64,000 nt of DNA. It comes from Octopus vulgaris (taxonomy: Eukaryota). The position numbers and the translations under genes were made by a program. Location of the stretch: the NCBI GenBank assembly GCA_951406725.2, contig OX597834.1, forward strand, positions 31,930,001 to 31,994,000. The letters are read 5' to 3'. This document shows, piece by piece, positions 37,662-51,250 of this stretch (position 1 is the stretch's first letter; each line of letters opens with the position of its first letter). The notes beneath the pieces were generated by a model. That model did not search any database and had not been told where the DNA came from. It saw nothing but the letters and a program-made list of their open reading frames with translations.

Positions 37662-38689
37662 TGACCAGAATACAATTTGACATAACATCTTATATTTGAA
37701 CAGAATTACAATAAAAGTCTAAGGATGAAAAAGGATCCTAGAAGTGGTTGGTAAGGTGTTTTGTTTAGCCCCAAGTCAGCCCTGGTCAAACAGACCTATG
37801 ATCACAGAAAGATATTCCAACGATGACCACACTATCTTTTTTAAGGGCAATTAGGTCTATGTTGTCTATGTTCTTTCCTTTGGGAGCAGGGGGAGACGGT
37901 AGATCATGATTTAAAGGTTTGGCTGCTATCTCTTGCTGATTGAACGATCGCGAGAAAAGACTCCCTCCCTCTTTGGAGAAGTTTTATCCCAAAGAAGAAC
38001 AGGAAGGTATTATGAAAAGAAAGGGGACGAATTGGGGGAGAGAGAGAGGGAGGTAGAAGATAGCAGAGAGAGATAGGATGGGGGAGAGAGACAAAAAGGG
38101 AGAAACAGGAAGGAGAGAGAGAGAAAGGGGGGAGAGAATGGAGGGAGAAAGTGAGAGATTGAGAGAGAGACAGTAGAGAGAAAGGGGGGAGAATGGAGAA
38201 GGAGAGACGGGGAGAGAGAGAATAAGCCTGAGAGAAGGAGGGAAAAGTGGGGAGAGAGTGAGGTCTTTTCTGTTTTGTGAAATTTTAAAATTAAGTGAAA
38301 ATGTTCGAATTTGGTATGTTGAATCTGATTTTTTGTTATTCACTTATTCCAGAAAAAAATTTAAGAAAATGGTACAGATGTTTAAAACAACTGGAACAAA
38401 ATTAAACAAAAATACAAAACTATGACAGCAAAAGAAAAGATCCAATTCTATTTTTAAATATCTATTTTAATGAAAATTATGAGAAAGTGGGTGTGAGGGT
38501 GGCACACTAATGTAGGTATGCTTTATATATATATAGTAATCTGTGTTGTTTAAAACATAAGATCCTAAGAAATTGCACTTGGGGGTGGGGCACTAGTTAA
38601 TTTCCGACTCTATTGTATAGGAATACTATATGGAGTAAATGTGTGAGAGGAAATTGAGAAAATGAGGGGATACAGATAAATAGAAAGAG

Positions 38690-38960
38690 AAGGAAATTAG
38701 AGGGCGGTGTGGGTGGGTTAATCACCCAGCAGACAAAATAATTTTCAACCTATGTGTGGGCGTTGTGATACAATTATAAACATACCGAGTTAACTCCCCA
38801 CTACTGTAAGAACTCTCTTGTAATCCTACATTCCTCCAACAATAACAAAACCCGCAGTTATCTGCCCCTCCTCGTGTTTACAAACTGCGTCGAAATCTGG
38901 ATTGAAAGGAAGTCGGCGACATCAAAGAGGAAAATGTAGCGACTTTAAGGGTTTCAGATC
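38690..38960 (+). promoter_or_regulatory. Putative ZDHHC12 promoter
   Basis: Repeat-free and locally CpG-richer, 400-650 bp upstream of the ATG. Contains GC-box-like GGGCGG (~38702) and TGGGCGTT, ETS-like GGAAGT (~38908), and GAGTTAACTCCCC / CAGTTATCTGCCCCT motifs. Confidence 0.45.
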
Positions 38961-39352
38961 CTGCTATGTCGCTACATTCATACATGGGATACGCTGAAGG
39001 AGCGATCAAACTGTGGTTTGATTCTCACCACATCGATTTGGATACCCTTTTTCTCGTACCATAGCTTTCATATCCTGTTCGATCCCTTCTTCATCAGCTT
39101 AATTTCTTTGATTGTGAAAAAACGGAGATTTATCCACCAAGACAGGTTCCTCTCCTTCTCTTCGCACCGATCACGCAAACGTGTTGTTGAATTTTTTTTT
39201 TCTCCCTAGGTTCCAAAATATATTTATACTATATATATATATATATATTTGTGGATTATTCTATTAGCAATTCTTCCTTCCATTTCATAGCTAACTCAAC
39301 AATATACTTTCCCACACGCACAACTACCAACATTACCATTAAACATTCCAAC

Positions 39353-39461
39353 ATGATCAATCTGTCCGACTTGCCTTTCTGTCGCGCCTATATCATCATC
39401 CGGGCTGTCCACACTGCCCTTGTTATTGGAGTACCCCTAGTTTTGATCACACAAGACACGG
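39353..39461 (+). CDS. ZDHHC12: Palmitoyltransferase ZDHHC12-like, coding exon 1
   Basis: MINLSDLPFCRAYIIIRAVHTALVIGVPLVLITQDT, donor G|gtaagt (phase 1). Resembles human ZDHHC12 [21 protein letters not shown]. Confidence 0.85.
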
Positions 39462-39989
39462 GTAAGTATATCTCCAATCGGAGTTAGCCCTCTTCCTCTT
39501 CCTGACTATTCGTTGTTCTGTTCTACTTATCTTTCTATCTCTCTGTCTAATCTTGATTTGGCTGTTGTTTCTAACGGGGCCAGAGGCTACATAAGTGGGC
39601 CCCTTCGTAAATTTCTGAAATACACACCCATGTGTGTAAATACGATTAGAGATTCTCAAGTAAGATTTGGGTCATTCGTCCAGTTCCGCATGGCAAATTT
39701 AGCGTCAGACTGTAATGGTATGTAAAGAGGTATTGCCTGGGTATGCGTGTGTGTTTGGGTGCATAGTCTTAAATTGTTGCTTTCTGGTCAAATAAGAAAA
39801 CATTCGAGCCGTGACCATTCTGTTCCATCATCATCATCATCTTCATTATTGCTAGTATTGTATTTACCAGTGTGTTCCTTTCTTGAGGTGACTCACGCAA
39901 ATTTAGCTACTACTTCTAGTAAGTCGAGCAACAGCATTTCGAGGTTCCCTTGTGTTTTTGGAACTCACATCATATCTCTCTCTATACAC

Positions 39990-40213
39990 ACACAAGTGGT
40001 GCTGAAAGGTTCGTGGCTTTAAGGGTGTCGCGAAAGGTGTGGTTGAAGTACCAACCTTCCGAGTTCTTTTGCAGGGCTTAAAAATACTGAAGGACCACTG
40101 CAATAAGTGTGTGAATCTGAGAAGTGAAAGTGTTGAATAAAATCATAATTAACTGATCCTCATGTATTTTCTTATACACAAAGCCAGGAACTTTTCCGCA
40201 CACTTTTCATGTG
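39990..40213 (+). mobile_element. Mariner-derived MITE
   Basis: Imperfect TIRs (GCTGAAAGGTTCGTGGCTTT / AAAGCCAGGAACTTTTCCGC). The interior encodes a mariner C-terminus remnant (QGLKILKDHCNKCVNLRSESVE*). A partial inverted copy lies at ~44790-44915. Confidence 0.7.
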
Positions 40214-40221
40214 TGTGTTTG

Positions 40222-40280
<59 letters not shown>

Positions 40281-40662
40281 GCATATATACATACTTACAT
40301 CTATACGTATATATATAAGCATCCGATGTGAATTTTCCGAGGCCTCTCCCCCACCCCCCTTTCGCGTGCGCGAATTTTTTTTTTCATATTCGTTCATAGG
40401 AAGTTGTTTTACACCTATTACACACATTTTTTTTTTGATTTTCTGATATTTGTTACGCCCTATATTAACCAGCATATGTGGGCACAGGACGTCATGAAAC
40501 GTGTACAACAAACAAAAATGCGAAGCACGAGTACACGGAACATGGACTATTCTTTAGAACGACGAAAGACACAAATGGAAAACAAAACAAACAACATAAA
40601 CAACGATCCTTCATCAGTTGTTGGCTGTTTTTCTAGTCTCGTATTTCGAGCATTTACCAACA

Positions 40663-40705
<43 letters not shown>

Positions 40706-42575
40706 CAAACATGCACCTGAGCACTGTACACAATGTTTATTATTATTATTATTATTATTATTATCATTATTATTATTATTATTCGGGTGTTCCAGCTTTT
40801 TGTTTCAACGTAGTTCCTTCTGTTTTGCGTTGGGAGTCGACAATCTTATCAAAAAATAAAAAAACATACATACATACACACACACACCCACTTAGGTGCG
40901 AACAAGAAAAGGGAGTACTCGATTCTAAACATAGAGTAATATTGTTACTATTATAATTTAATGGAATCTGAAACTTCAGAAGTTGTTCCTTATTCCGAGT
41001 CTCTCGTTGGGGTTTTTTTTATTTTGGTTTTTTTTCCATATCTTTCGGAGAAACTCGGAGTAACGAATTTTCAGCTCCCAATAATTAAACATTCAAATTG
41101 AGAGACAAATAGAGAAAGAGGGAGAGATTGATTAATTGATTGATTGATCTGTCCAAAACGTTTATATATCTATCAGTGGATACATCTACAAGACAAATCT
41201 TTCCAGACGGGAAAAAAAAAAAATCGGGCCAAGTTAAGTCATAGCTTCCGCCGTGACTCACACTTGTTGCTATTGATTTCTTCATCACCACCATGACCAC
41301 CACCACTATCTTGTTCTTCTTTCTTCCTCTGTTCTTCTTCTATATTGTCAAACATACACGTACAACAGACATACTTTTACACAATGGCATGTTTTACATA
41401 GTTTCACACACACGTTTGCTGTTATAATGTTACAAGCTCTCATCATACGCAGATTTACTTTTTATATACCACAGTATCACATATACACGCGTGAATAAAC
41501 ATAGGTTTACTATTCGTTATTATCTTTTGACCCGCTTCAATCGAAAGACTGCGGCCATGGGGCACCGCCTTTACAAAACGATCATTGTAGCACTCTGCAG
41601 GGGTTTATCCGGCGATCTTTCGTCTCTAGTAAATGCTTCCCATGCACGGTAACTTCAAAAGAACTTCCCTCGTCATACAATCGCTTTCTCTTAGTCTCTT
41701 TCGCTCTCGTTACTTCAAAAGTTCCCGCAAGCCCATATGTAAAAAAAAAACAAAATTTTTTAACGGAAATCGACGGAAAGGTCTACTAGAGACGAAAGAT
41801 TGCCGTTTATTCTATGTATCGTATAGAGGACAGACATATCGAATGTGCTGCGAAGAGGGATTGAAACTGGAACCTCTTCGATGCGAAGCTAACTTCCTAA
41901 TCATACAAACTCTCATACCCACACACATACATTTCGCTACCATTCAATAACATTAGTAATCACACAGCTCGTAATAAAATGCAACGCAACGAGGGCACTG
42001 CGCTTAATTCTTGTTGATTAAATTAACTCCATCCGCTCTCTCTCTCTCGTATTAATATTTTTCATGCCTGAGATCAAATTCCACCGAGGTCGACTTTGTC
42101 TTTCATCCTTTCGTGGTCTAAACCCCTCCCAAAAAAATTTCAAGCCTTGTGCCTTTAGCAGTAAGGAATATTTTCATATCCCATGTTAGGTATGGGGCTT
42201 GGGGGGATAGGGTAAGGTTATGATTAGGGGTTTAATACAGGTGTGTGTATGTATGCATATATGTGTGTGTGTATGTTGTTTAAATACAGGTGTGTGTGTG
42301 TATGATTATGTTGAGGAAATTTAAAATATTTTTTAATTACTTTTTTCAATTACTTCCAATCGAACCAATTCATTGTGAGATATATCGAATCTGATTTCTA
42401 CGCTCGTTAATTCGGATTTGAGATAAAACAGGAAGCAACTTTTTAAGTAAACCTTTAAGGATTAAAAATGTTTCGGGTTTCTTCAGAAGGGGACAGTTTT
42501 CAAAATGGTGTAAAAGAAAAATGGGAGTTATGATTCATTTACGCATGTAAAACTCTGTGTGTGTATGTATGTATG

Positions 42576-42650
<75 letters not shown>

Positions 42651-42750
42651 CGTGACCGACCAGGCTATCAGATGCTACACGTCGCTGGTCACAATGCGCT
42701 TCGCATTGTTTTAGCCTTCAAATGACGCCACCCCGCTGACTAAGCGAGCA

Positions 42751-42811
<61 letters not shown>

Positions 42812-42989
42812 TCGCGGATAATGGACATAAGATAAAATAAGAACAATAATAAACGAGTGAAGAATGAATATAGTTCGTGTGTTTAGTTAGCAAAAAAAAA
42901 AAAAATACTGACCATTCTGAAATATAACAAAATCTATTTCAACACACTGTTTCACATCAGGAATCTTGCAACACGAATTCATAAAACAC

Positions 42990-43040
<51 letters not shown>

Positions 43041-43215
43041 TGTGTGTATATATATATACACACACACACATATACAAATACGTAAATACATACAAACATA
43101 CATATATATATATACAAACATACATATATATATACATACATACACATATATATATACATACATACACACACACACATATATATATACATACATACACATA
43201 TATATATACATACAT

Positions 43216-43250
<35 letters not shown>

Positions 43251-43409
43251 CATATACACATACATATATACATACATACATACACATATATATATATACA
43301 TACATACATATATACATACATATATACATGTAGATTTATATATATATATGCGGAGAGAGAGAGAGCCATCGACACACCAATTGTCTGACCTTATCTCTCA
43401 TAGCCATCT

Positions 43410-44224
43410 ATGAATAAAATTCCCTCTCAGATTTTAAATGAAATCTAAAATATGTCTTTAGTCTTTTTACTGAATATGAATTTGTCACATTGTATAAAAT
43501 ATGTATAATTTATATATAATCACAAAAAGTGAGATACTTGACACTGCTTTTTTAGCTACAAGATCTTGAATGTGTAGTTGAATGGCAGAGAGGGCATAAA
43601 GTAAGTCCCTTTCAACGTTCAGCCTGTTTCTGTGCTTGGTCTTGACAGCAACAAGCAAGGAGAATGCAGCTTCACAAAGATACGTGGATCTAAACATAGC
43701 TAAAATCCGAAGAGTCTGAAGTGAGTTGAGAGGGTAAACAGGAAAGTACTTGATCCAGAATGTTTCAAGATCCAGTTCTTTGAAGCCTTCCTTAGCTGAG
43801 GAGTTGAACTTCAGCTCAAGAAACTCCTCTTGCACTGAAATGGGTTCTTGATGAATTTCCAAGCTTCATGCTTTTCATCTACATCTGGGGAAATATCTGA
43901 TGAATTCTGTTTCCAAGTCAGTTAGATGAGTGACTGTTTGTTTCTTTAACTCAGAACCAAGGCTACCGTGAATGAGAGCAGAATCCAAGTAACTAAAACT
44001 GGCTGTGTTTCCCTGCTGAATTCAACATTTCCAGATGTCGAGTTTGGCCATGAAGGTTCAAATGGTGTTGTAGTGAGTGAGAATATTGATGTTTTTCCCT
44101 TGTAGTTTAAAGTCGGGAACATTCAACGCTTCAAAGATGTCCACCTGGTAAACTAGAGATAGCTGAAAGCCTCCAGACTGGAACTGATCCCCCACCCCCA
44201 CCCCCGCCAGGTTAAGAACCACTG
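43410..44224 (-). mobile_element. hAT (Buster/Charlie, ZBED5/GTF2IRD2-like) transposase remnant with one TIR
   Basis: LVYQVDIFEALN..LQGKN..TFMAKLDIWK and FWIKYFPVYP...FRSTYLCEAAFS...KTKHRNRLNVERDL (hAT dimerisation region). TIR AGGTTAAGAACCACTG ends at 44224. Confidence 0.85.
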
Positions 44225-46332
44225 GGTTAGATGGTTTGACTAGAACTGGTAAGCTGGAGAGCTGCACCAAGTTCCAGTCTGATTTGGCATGGTTTCTATG
44301 GCTGGATGCCCTTCCTATCACCAACCACTCCAAGAGTGTAATGGGTGCATTTTACTTGCCACCAGCACGGGTGCCCTGCTTCCAAGTAACCACATTTGAT
44401 TTCTAAAAATAAATTACCAAAAAAGTTCACATCAGTTGATCTTAGTACTTCTTGACATTTTATCATGAACCATGCAAAGGTGGTAAAACACAAGAAACAG
44501 ATATTAATAACGATAAAGTTTTGTTCATAAATTCTTTGTTATTTTCAAAACTGATTGCAACAAAGGAACCGTATTTCAACAGAAATATAGTAACAAAAGG
44601 ATTAAAGTGATCTAAAATTAAAACTTCTCCTCAAACTTCATGTTGATTTACGTTCCAAACACCAGCTTAATAACATCATCATCATCATCGTTTAACGCCC
44701 GTTTTCCATGCTGGCATGGGTTGGATAGTTTGATTGAGAACCAGCAAGCCAGGAGGCTGCACCAGGCTCCAATCTGATCTTTCTCAGATTCAAAAACACT
44801 TATTGCAGCGGTCCTTCAGTTTTTCTAAGCTCAGTAAAAGAACTCAGCAGGCTGAGCCTCCAACCAGGCCTTTTGCAATACTCTTAAAGCCAGGAACTTT
44901 CTAGCACCCACTTGTATATATTTGTATGTGTGTGTGTGTATATATTGGTATGTATACTCTATGGATATTCATGGATTTCTGGATGTGTCTTCTGTAATAC
45001 AGTCACTTTTCATTGTGATACTGCACCTGGTATCCAATACCCATAGGCAAGCTTTATTAAGCAAGTGACAAGGGTCATGGTCAAACTGAATTGATATATT
45101 TGTGTGTGTGTGTGTGTTTGTGTCACCTTGTCTTGACTTCACATAATAATTGTGAATGAATGTGTCTCTGTCATACAAGCCATGTCATTCATTTTCAGTC
45201 GTCTGAGACAAAAAAAAACATGTCCAGCCATGGAGAAATATTACCAGAGTTGGTGAAGGGAAGGGCATCTGGCCATAGAAAATCTGCCTCAATGAATTCC
45301 ACCCGACCCATGCCAGCAGATATTGAAACTGTTGATGATGATGATGATGAATATATTTCAAGCGTGCACATACACACACACACAGATTTGCATTATCCTC
45401 CATACCATCAATGGAGAGGTTGGCATACAATATACTATAACATACCATCATACAGCATTACACAGTTGTTAATTGTTTAACTCCTGGTCAGTCTTAATCC
45501 AACAGATCTAGGTTCAAGATTACATTCTAGCCATGACATTCCCATCTGGGTTTTGTTTTTTTGTTTTTTTTTTGGTGCAATAAGTATATTTAGGAATACA
45601 AGATTCAATGAGTCCTTTTGTATTCTTTTTGTTTCGTTTCTTTTAAGACTAGTGTGTAAACTAAAGGATAATTAGCTACTATTTCTAGTAGAGAGAGAGA
45701 GAGAGAGAGAGAGAGGAACTATATTGAGGTATTCTTTACAAATATTGCACAGCAATATTGACATTCTGCCATCGTCATACTCCATCTTTTATTTCTTCAA
45801 CTCCCACATGTTAACTCATTAACTTCCCACATGTTGCAAGATAAGCAGTTTATTTTCTTCATACAGCTTCTTTTATCAACGCTTACAATGACGGCTCACG
45901 CACTTTCCTTCCCCATCTCTCTCCCACTGGCTGCCTCTATTCGCTTATCTACTTAGCTTCTCTGTCTGTCTGTGTGTATGTCTGTCTCTCTCTCTCTCTC
46001 CCTCTCTCTCCCTTTCTCTCTCCCTCACATACACACCTACACATACTCACAAATGCATACATAGGCTCACACCTTTTTAATACATCATCATCATTGTCAT
46101 CATTTACCATCCACTTTTCCATCCTTACATGGGTTGGACAGAGTTTATTATGGCTGGAAGCCTTTCCTGTTCCCAACCCTTCATATGTTTCCAAGCAAGG
46201 TGGTATTTCCCCATGGCCAGATATTAGAAACACTGAAAATGAACGATACTGCTTGTATGACAGCGTCACTCATTCACAAATACCACACAATATCAAAACA
46301 AGGAGACAGAAACACACATACACATATATACG

Positions 46333-46411
46333 GCTCCAATGAAGCTATAAGGTGTTATTCAGGCATTCAGCTATGAGTCCACCACATGTTATAGCAGAAA
46401 CAACTGTAAGC
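46333..46411 (+). ncRNA. Degenerate type I hammerhead motif in ZDHHC12 intron 1 (sense strand)
   Basis: GCT CCAATGA AGCTATAA...TTATAGCA GAAAC AACT GTA AGC. Stems I and II pair, but the CUGA core is mutated. Confidence 0.45.
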
Positions 46412-47957
46412 TAATGAAGTTCATAAGATAACTGTTTGTTCCTTTGTCATCTCTCTTTTTTTATTACCACTCTTATACTCAGCCGACGTTTTGTTCTGAG
46501 ATTATATATATAAGTAAAATAACTTAGTTATCATTAAGCTAGTTTTAGGAAGTTAAATTGTGACTAAAGTTTGGTAGAAGATTTTAATTCAGAATTTTTT
46601 AATACAAGACATTTTTACTACAGAGCCAGAGATGGCTCCAGCCGGGTTGGTATCGAAAGGGTTAATCGTACCTACATAATTTCTGTCTACCAAATTCACT
46701 CACAAAGCTCGGGCTGGCTGAGGCTATAACAGAAGACACTTGTCCAAGGGGCCGTGCAGTGGAACTGGGCTTGGAACCATGTGTCACATGGCTGCACACA
46801 GGATTAAAATTCAAAATTTGGCTCCTATAGGATTTGAACTCAGAACAATGAAACACCTAACTAGATAACTTATCATAGATTGGTTGTGTGCTCGCCATGC
46901 CCACCACCATATAATAGTTAAGATTTCTAACTTCTCAAATATACAGTTTGATGATGTGAGGCGTAATCATATGACTGGTAAGCGGGATCTGAGCTCAGAG
47001 TGCCATGGGATGCAGTTACATACCAGAATTTGGTATTGTTGTTTAACCCTAGGTCAACCTTAATCTAGCTGTCCTATGATTAAATAGAAACAATCCAGCA
47101 ATGACAATCTTGTGGGTGTTTTTATACAATTTATTTAGGGTTCCCTTATCTAGAGCAGTCATATGTAACTTGCAGACCGTGGGACTTTCTGTATAGCACA
47201 GCTAATGGAAGTTTCCTTTGGAACTTTGTAGTTGTGCAGCCCTTCTGATGATGAGCCATGTCTCATGTGGCTTGCTTCTCGCAAAAGGTTGCTCATGCCA
47301 GATCTAGTATGTGTGTTACGTGGGGCAGGTAACCTTTGAGTCCCCTCTCTTCCCAGGGTGGTGGGGGTTCAGTAAGGCTTATACAGGTTTATGCAGCCGA
47401 CCCATAAATGCTGCCTCTATAACACTATTTCCCCTGGGGAGCAGACTGCCCCAAATTCTTCCCCATCACCATCTCCTCCAATCCCCACCCTCCTCCCATC
47501 CCAAACTTCTTCTCGTCCCCAACCTCTTCCCGTCTCCACCTGCTCCGCTACTTGTTACAGTTGTCTGCTAGTGTTCATATCTCTTCCTTCTCGAGCCATG
47601 CCTGGCTCATAAGGGCTGGTTCCCCAATTTCTTGGTGTATAGGTTCCCCACCGGGACAGGCAAGGAAAGAGCGAGAGAAAGGTGTGGCAAAAGAGTCAGC
47701 AGAAGTTTCGCCATTACCTTCTGCTGGAGCCGTGTGGAGCTTAGGTGTTTCGCTCATAAACATACACATCGCCCGGTCTGAGATTCGAACCGGCGATCCC
47801 GCTGCTCTAACCACTAGGCCATGTGCCTCCACTGTTCATATCTCCGCTAACAATACACCTGTCCATTCCTTGATATTGTCCATCTGTTTGTCCATTCTTT
47901 TCCTCCAACCACTTATCTCTTTGTTATTTGCTCCTATTCTCCCATTTTCTTTTCCAG

Positions 47958-48094
47958 AGCTGCGTCGAGCTGTGTACTACTTTGAGCGGCCAATCTATGC
48001 CATTTGTTACCTCCTACTGCTGACCTTCTCCCTGGTGATGTACTTTCTGGCTTGTCTCGTCAACCCAGGCTACATAGAGACTCCCTGTAAAACC
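47958..48094 (+). CDS. ZDHHC12: ZDHHC12-like, coding exon 2
   Basis: Acceptor ttttcttttccag; (E)LRRAVYYFERPIYAICYLLLLTFSLVMYFLACLVNPGYIETPCKT (TM2 + NPG motif); donor gtaagt, phase 0. Confidence 0.92.
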
Positions 48095-48242
48095 GTAAGT
48101 ATCCGTTGACATTTCTTTTTCTTTTATTATCCCCCCCCCACGTACTTTCTTTGTCTTTTTCTTTCTCTCTTATTCTGTCTGTGTCTCACTTTTTCTCTTT
48201 CTCCCTTTCCGTCTTTATATAAGTCTGTCTTTGCCATGGTGG

Positions 48243-48653
48243 GGATCTTTTCAGTTTGAACAGCAGTTTTAAAAAATAATTTTCACGTAACTAAACACTT
48301 TTAAACTTCGTATACTGGTAGAATGTGTTTATAAAACATCTTTTTCTCTTGGCTTTATTGAGAAAATTCTATAGTTTCTAAGATATTTGTTGTTTTTTCT
48401 TCAATTTCTGCAATTTCAACCAATCAATGACGTCTATTTGAGGTGAAAATATTCTGTGCCGTATGAATATGTCCCTCGTTTAAGAAACGGATTGGGTTTA
48501 TTTACATTTGTGAAGAAAAAAAGATACCCTTCCACCCACCCCTAACCCTAAAACAGATTGAAATGCAATAGATCGATATTAGGGACGTAATTATGGGTGA
48601 CAATTTTATATGACACCGCTAGAAAAAAACTGCCGTTCAAACCGAAAAGATCC
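48243..48653. mobile_element. MITE with GG-initiated ~28-bp TIRs
   Basis: GGATCTTTTCAGTTTGAACAGCAGTTTT ... AAAACTGCCGTTCAAACCGAAAAGATCC, with an internal CCCTAACCCTAA. Confidence 0.85.
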
Positions 48654-48811
48654 ATTATTCTTTCTGAGACTTTTTCTTTCTCTCTTATTCTGTCTGTGTC
48701 TCACTTTCTCTTTCTCCCTTTCCGTCTTTCTTTATATAAGTCTGTCTTTGCCATGGTGGTAGTGATGATGATGATGATGACTATAATAATACTCATGATG
48801 ATGATGGGGAC

Positions 48812-51144
48812 CAGTGGTTCCCAACCGATTTTTGGCCATGCCCCACCAAATCATTTCTAAAATCCTGATGCCCCCTTGGGATATTTAATTTTTATAATTC
48901 AAAATTTGGTTAATGTTTACCATATTACCCAGAAACAAAATAAAGACGTGTAGGAAACGAATATGAAAACAAAAAGGGAAAAGCAACGAGGTGGGGATGA
49001 CTTCGGAAAATTCACAAGATCCGAGTTTTTCCCTCATAACTTTTAGGAAAAAAAAAATTTTTTTCAATGAAATTTTATATAAATACCTTTCAACCGGCAT
49101 AAATTACAATTATAAAGAAATTTGTGGGAAAATCTTTTCCAAGGTGAGGGGAGAGGACTTCGGAGAATTCACAAGATTCGAGTTTTTCGCCCATAACTTG
49201 GTGACACTTTATCTTGGATAGCGGGTATAAATCCAAATTTTAAATATTTCTCTGAATATCGACAAACTTTTTTTTTTACTTACACAATTCATTTTATGTA
49301 TTTTTGAATCGGCATATCTACAGATTTCTGCGCCCCCGACTTTGGATGATCATAACTTTCAGAAAAATGTATATTTTTCCATGAAATTGTCTACGAATAC
49401 GTGTTACATCATGTAGATTCCGAATATACAAATTTTTTTTGGTGGGGAGAAGTATTTTAGGAAGGGTTGGAGTGGGCAATTCATCTTAACTTTCAAGGAA
49501 ATGGATATTTTTTAATGAAATTCTCTACAAATATACCTCGGTCTAGATTCCGAGGACATAGGAATTTTAGGGGAAAACAATTGGGGGCTATTTTTGAGAA
49601 CAGTTCCCCACTCGCAGGTGTTTCTGAACAAGCTTGCCTACCAACCACATGGTTCTGGGTTCAGTCTCACTGCGTGGCACCTTGGGCAAGTGTCTTCTAC
49701 TATAGCCTCGGGCCGACCAAAGCCTTGTGAGTGGATTTGGTAGACGGAAACTAAAAGAAGCCCGTCGTATATATGTATATATATATATATGTATGCGTGT
49801 GTGTGTTTGTGTGTCTGTGTTTGTCCCTCTAGCATTGGCTGACAACCGATGCTGGTGTTTATGTCCCCGTCACTTAGCGGTTCGGCAAAAGAGACCGATA
49901 GAATAAGTACTGGGCTTACAAAAGAATAAGTTCTGGGGTCGAGTTGCTCGATTAAAGGCGGTGCTCCAGCATGGCCGTAGTCAAATGACTGAAACAAGTA
50001 AAAGAGTAAAAGAGTAAGTCGTCTATATTTGTCTCATTTTCTCCGTTTTGTGCGGGAATTATTCCATTCAATATCATTATAGAGATTATGTAACAAATTA
50101 TACTTTACACTTCTATATTTAACTGTGCGTGTATATTCCTTATTTTTGCTTCTGGTGTCGTCTGCCTTTCTATTTGAAATGTTTACCTGGGAATTTACCT
50201 TAAAGTGGAAAGAAAAATCGTATGCAACAAGTCGTCTTAATAACATATTTCTGTGTACCAGACCTTTAGCTTGTTATTTCAAGCATAACGAGTTTTCTGG
50301 TGACGGTTTCGTTTGCCTTCATTGCCCGTTTGTTGTTTGCTTCAGGAGAAAAATGAAACAAATATGGACGACTTGTTCAGAGACACCCGCGAGTGGGGAA
50401 CAGTTCTCAAAAATAACCCCCAAAATTCCTATAGTCCGAGGTATATTTATAGAGAATTTCATTAAAAAGATATCCATTTTCTTGAAAGTCATGCCGAATT
50501 TAAGTGGACTCCGGTGAATTTTCCGAAATTTCCTCACCCCAACTCCTCCTGAAATACTTTCCCACCAAAATTTTGTATATTCAGAATCTACATGATATAA
50601 CACATATTCGTAGACAATTTCATTGAAAAACATCCATTTTTCTGAAAGTTATGATCATTCAAAGTCGTGGTGCGGAAATCTGTAAGTTATGCCTTTGAAT
50701 CTTCAAAAAGATTTCAGTATAAACTTTCGGAAAATATGCTCAAAAAGAAACGAAAAGTATTCCGTGAATCTTTTCAGCTGCAAAAGCTTTTGTATCAATG
50801 ATGGAAGTGTTTTTCTTACCTTTTTGCTGAATTCAAAAACTGACTGGTGGAAATAAAATGATACCTGTTAATTTTCATCTCTGTTCGTATATGTATACGT
50901 GTGTGTATGTACTTGTGCGTTACCAGTATCATAAATCTCTCTCTATCTATCTATCTATCTATCTATCTGTCTCTCTCTCTCTTTCTCTTTTCTCTTTCTC
51001 TCTGTCTGTGTATCTATCTGTCTCCCCTCTCTTTCTCTCTCTCTATCTATCTATTTATCTATCTGTCTGTCTGTCTGTCTCTCTCTCTCTCCTTTCTTTT
51101 TCTCTGTCTGTGTATCTATCTGTCTCCCCTCTCTCGTCTCTCTT

Positions 51145-51197
<53 letters not shown>

Positions 51198-51215
51198 TTA
51201 TCTATCTGCTCTCTC

Positions 51216-51250
<35 letters not shown>

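Noticed and set aside
38966-39064. 32-aa ORF containing SHHIDL, resembling S28 AHHLDL
   Set aside because: It lies downstream of the terminal exon, lacks fitting splice sites and has no other similarity. At most it is a uORF.
48538-48551. CCCTAACCCTAA telomere-like motif
   Set aside because: It is only two units and lies inside a MITE, so it is not an interstitial telomere array.
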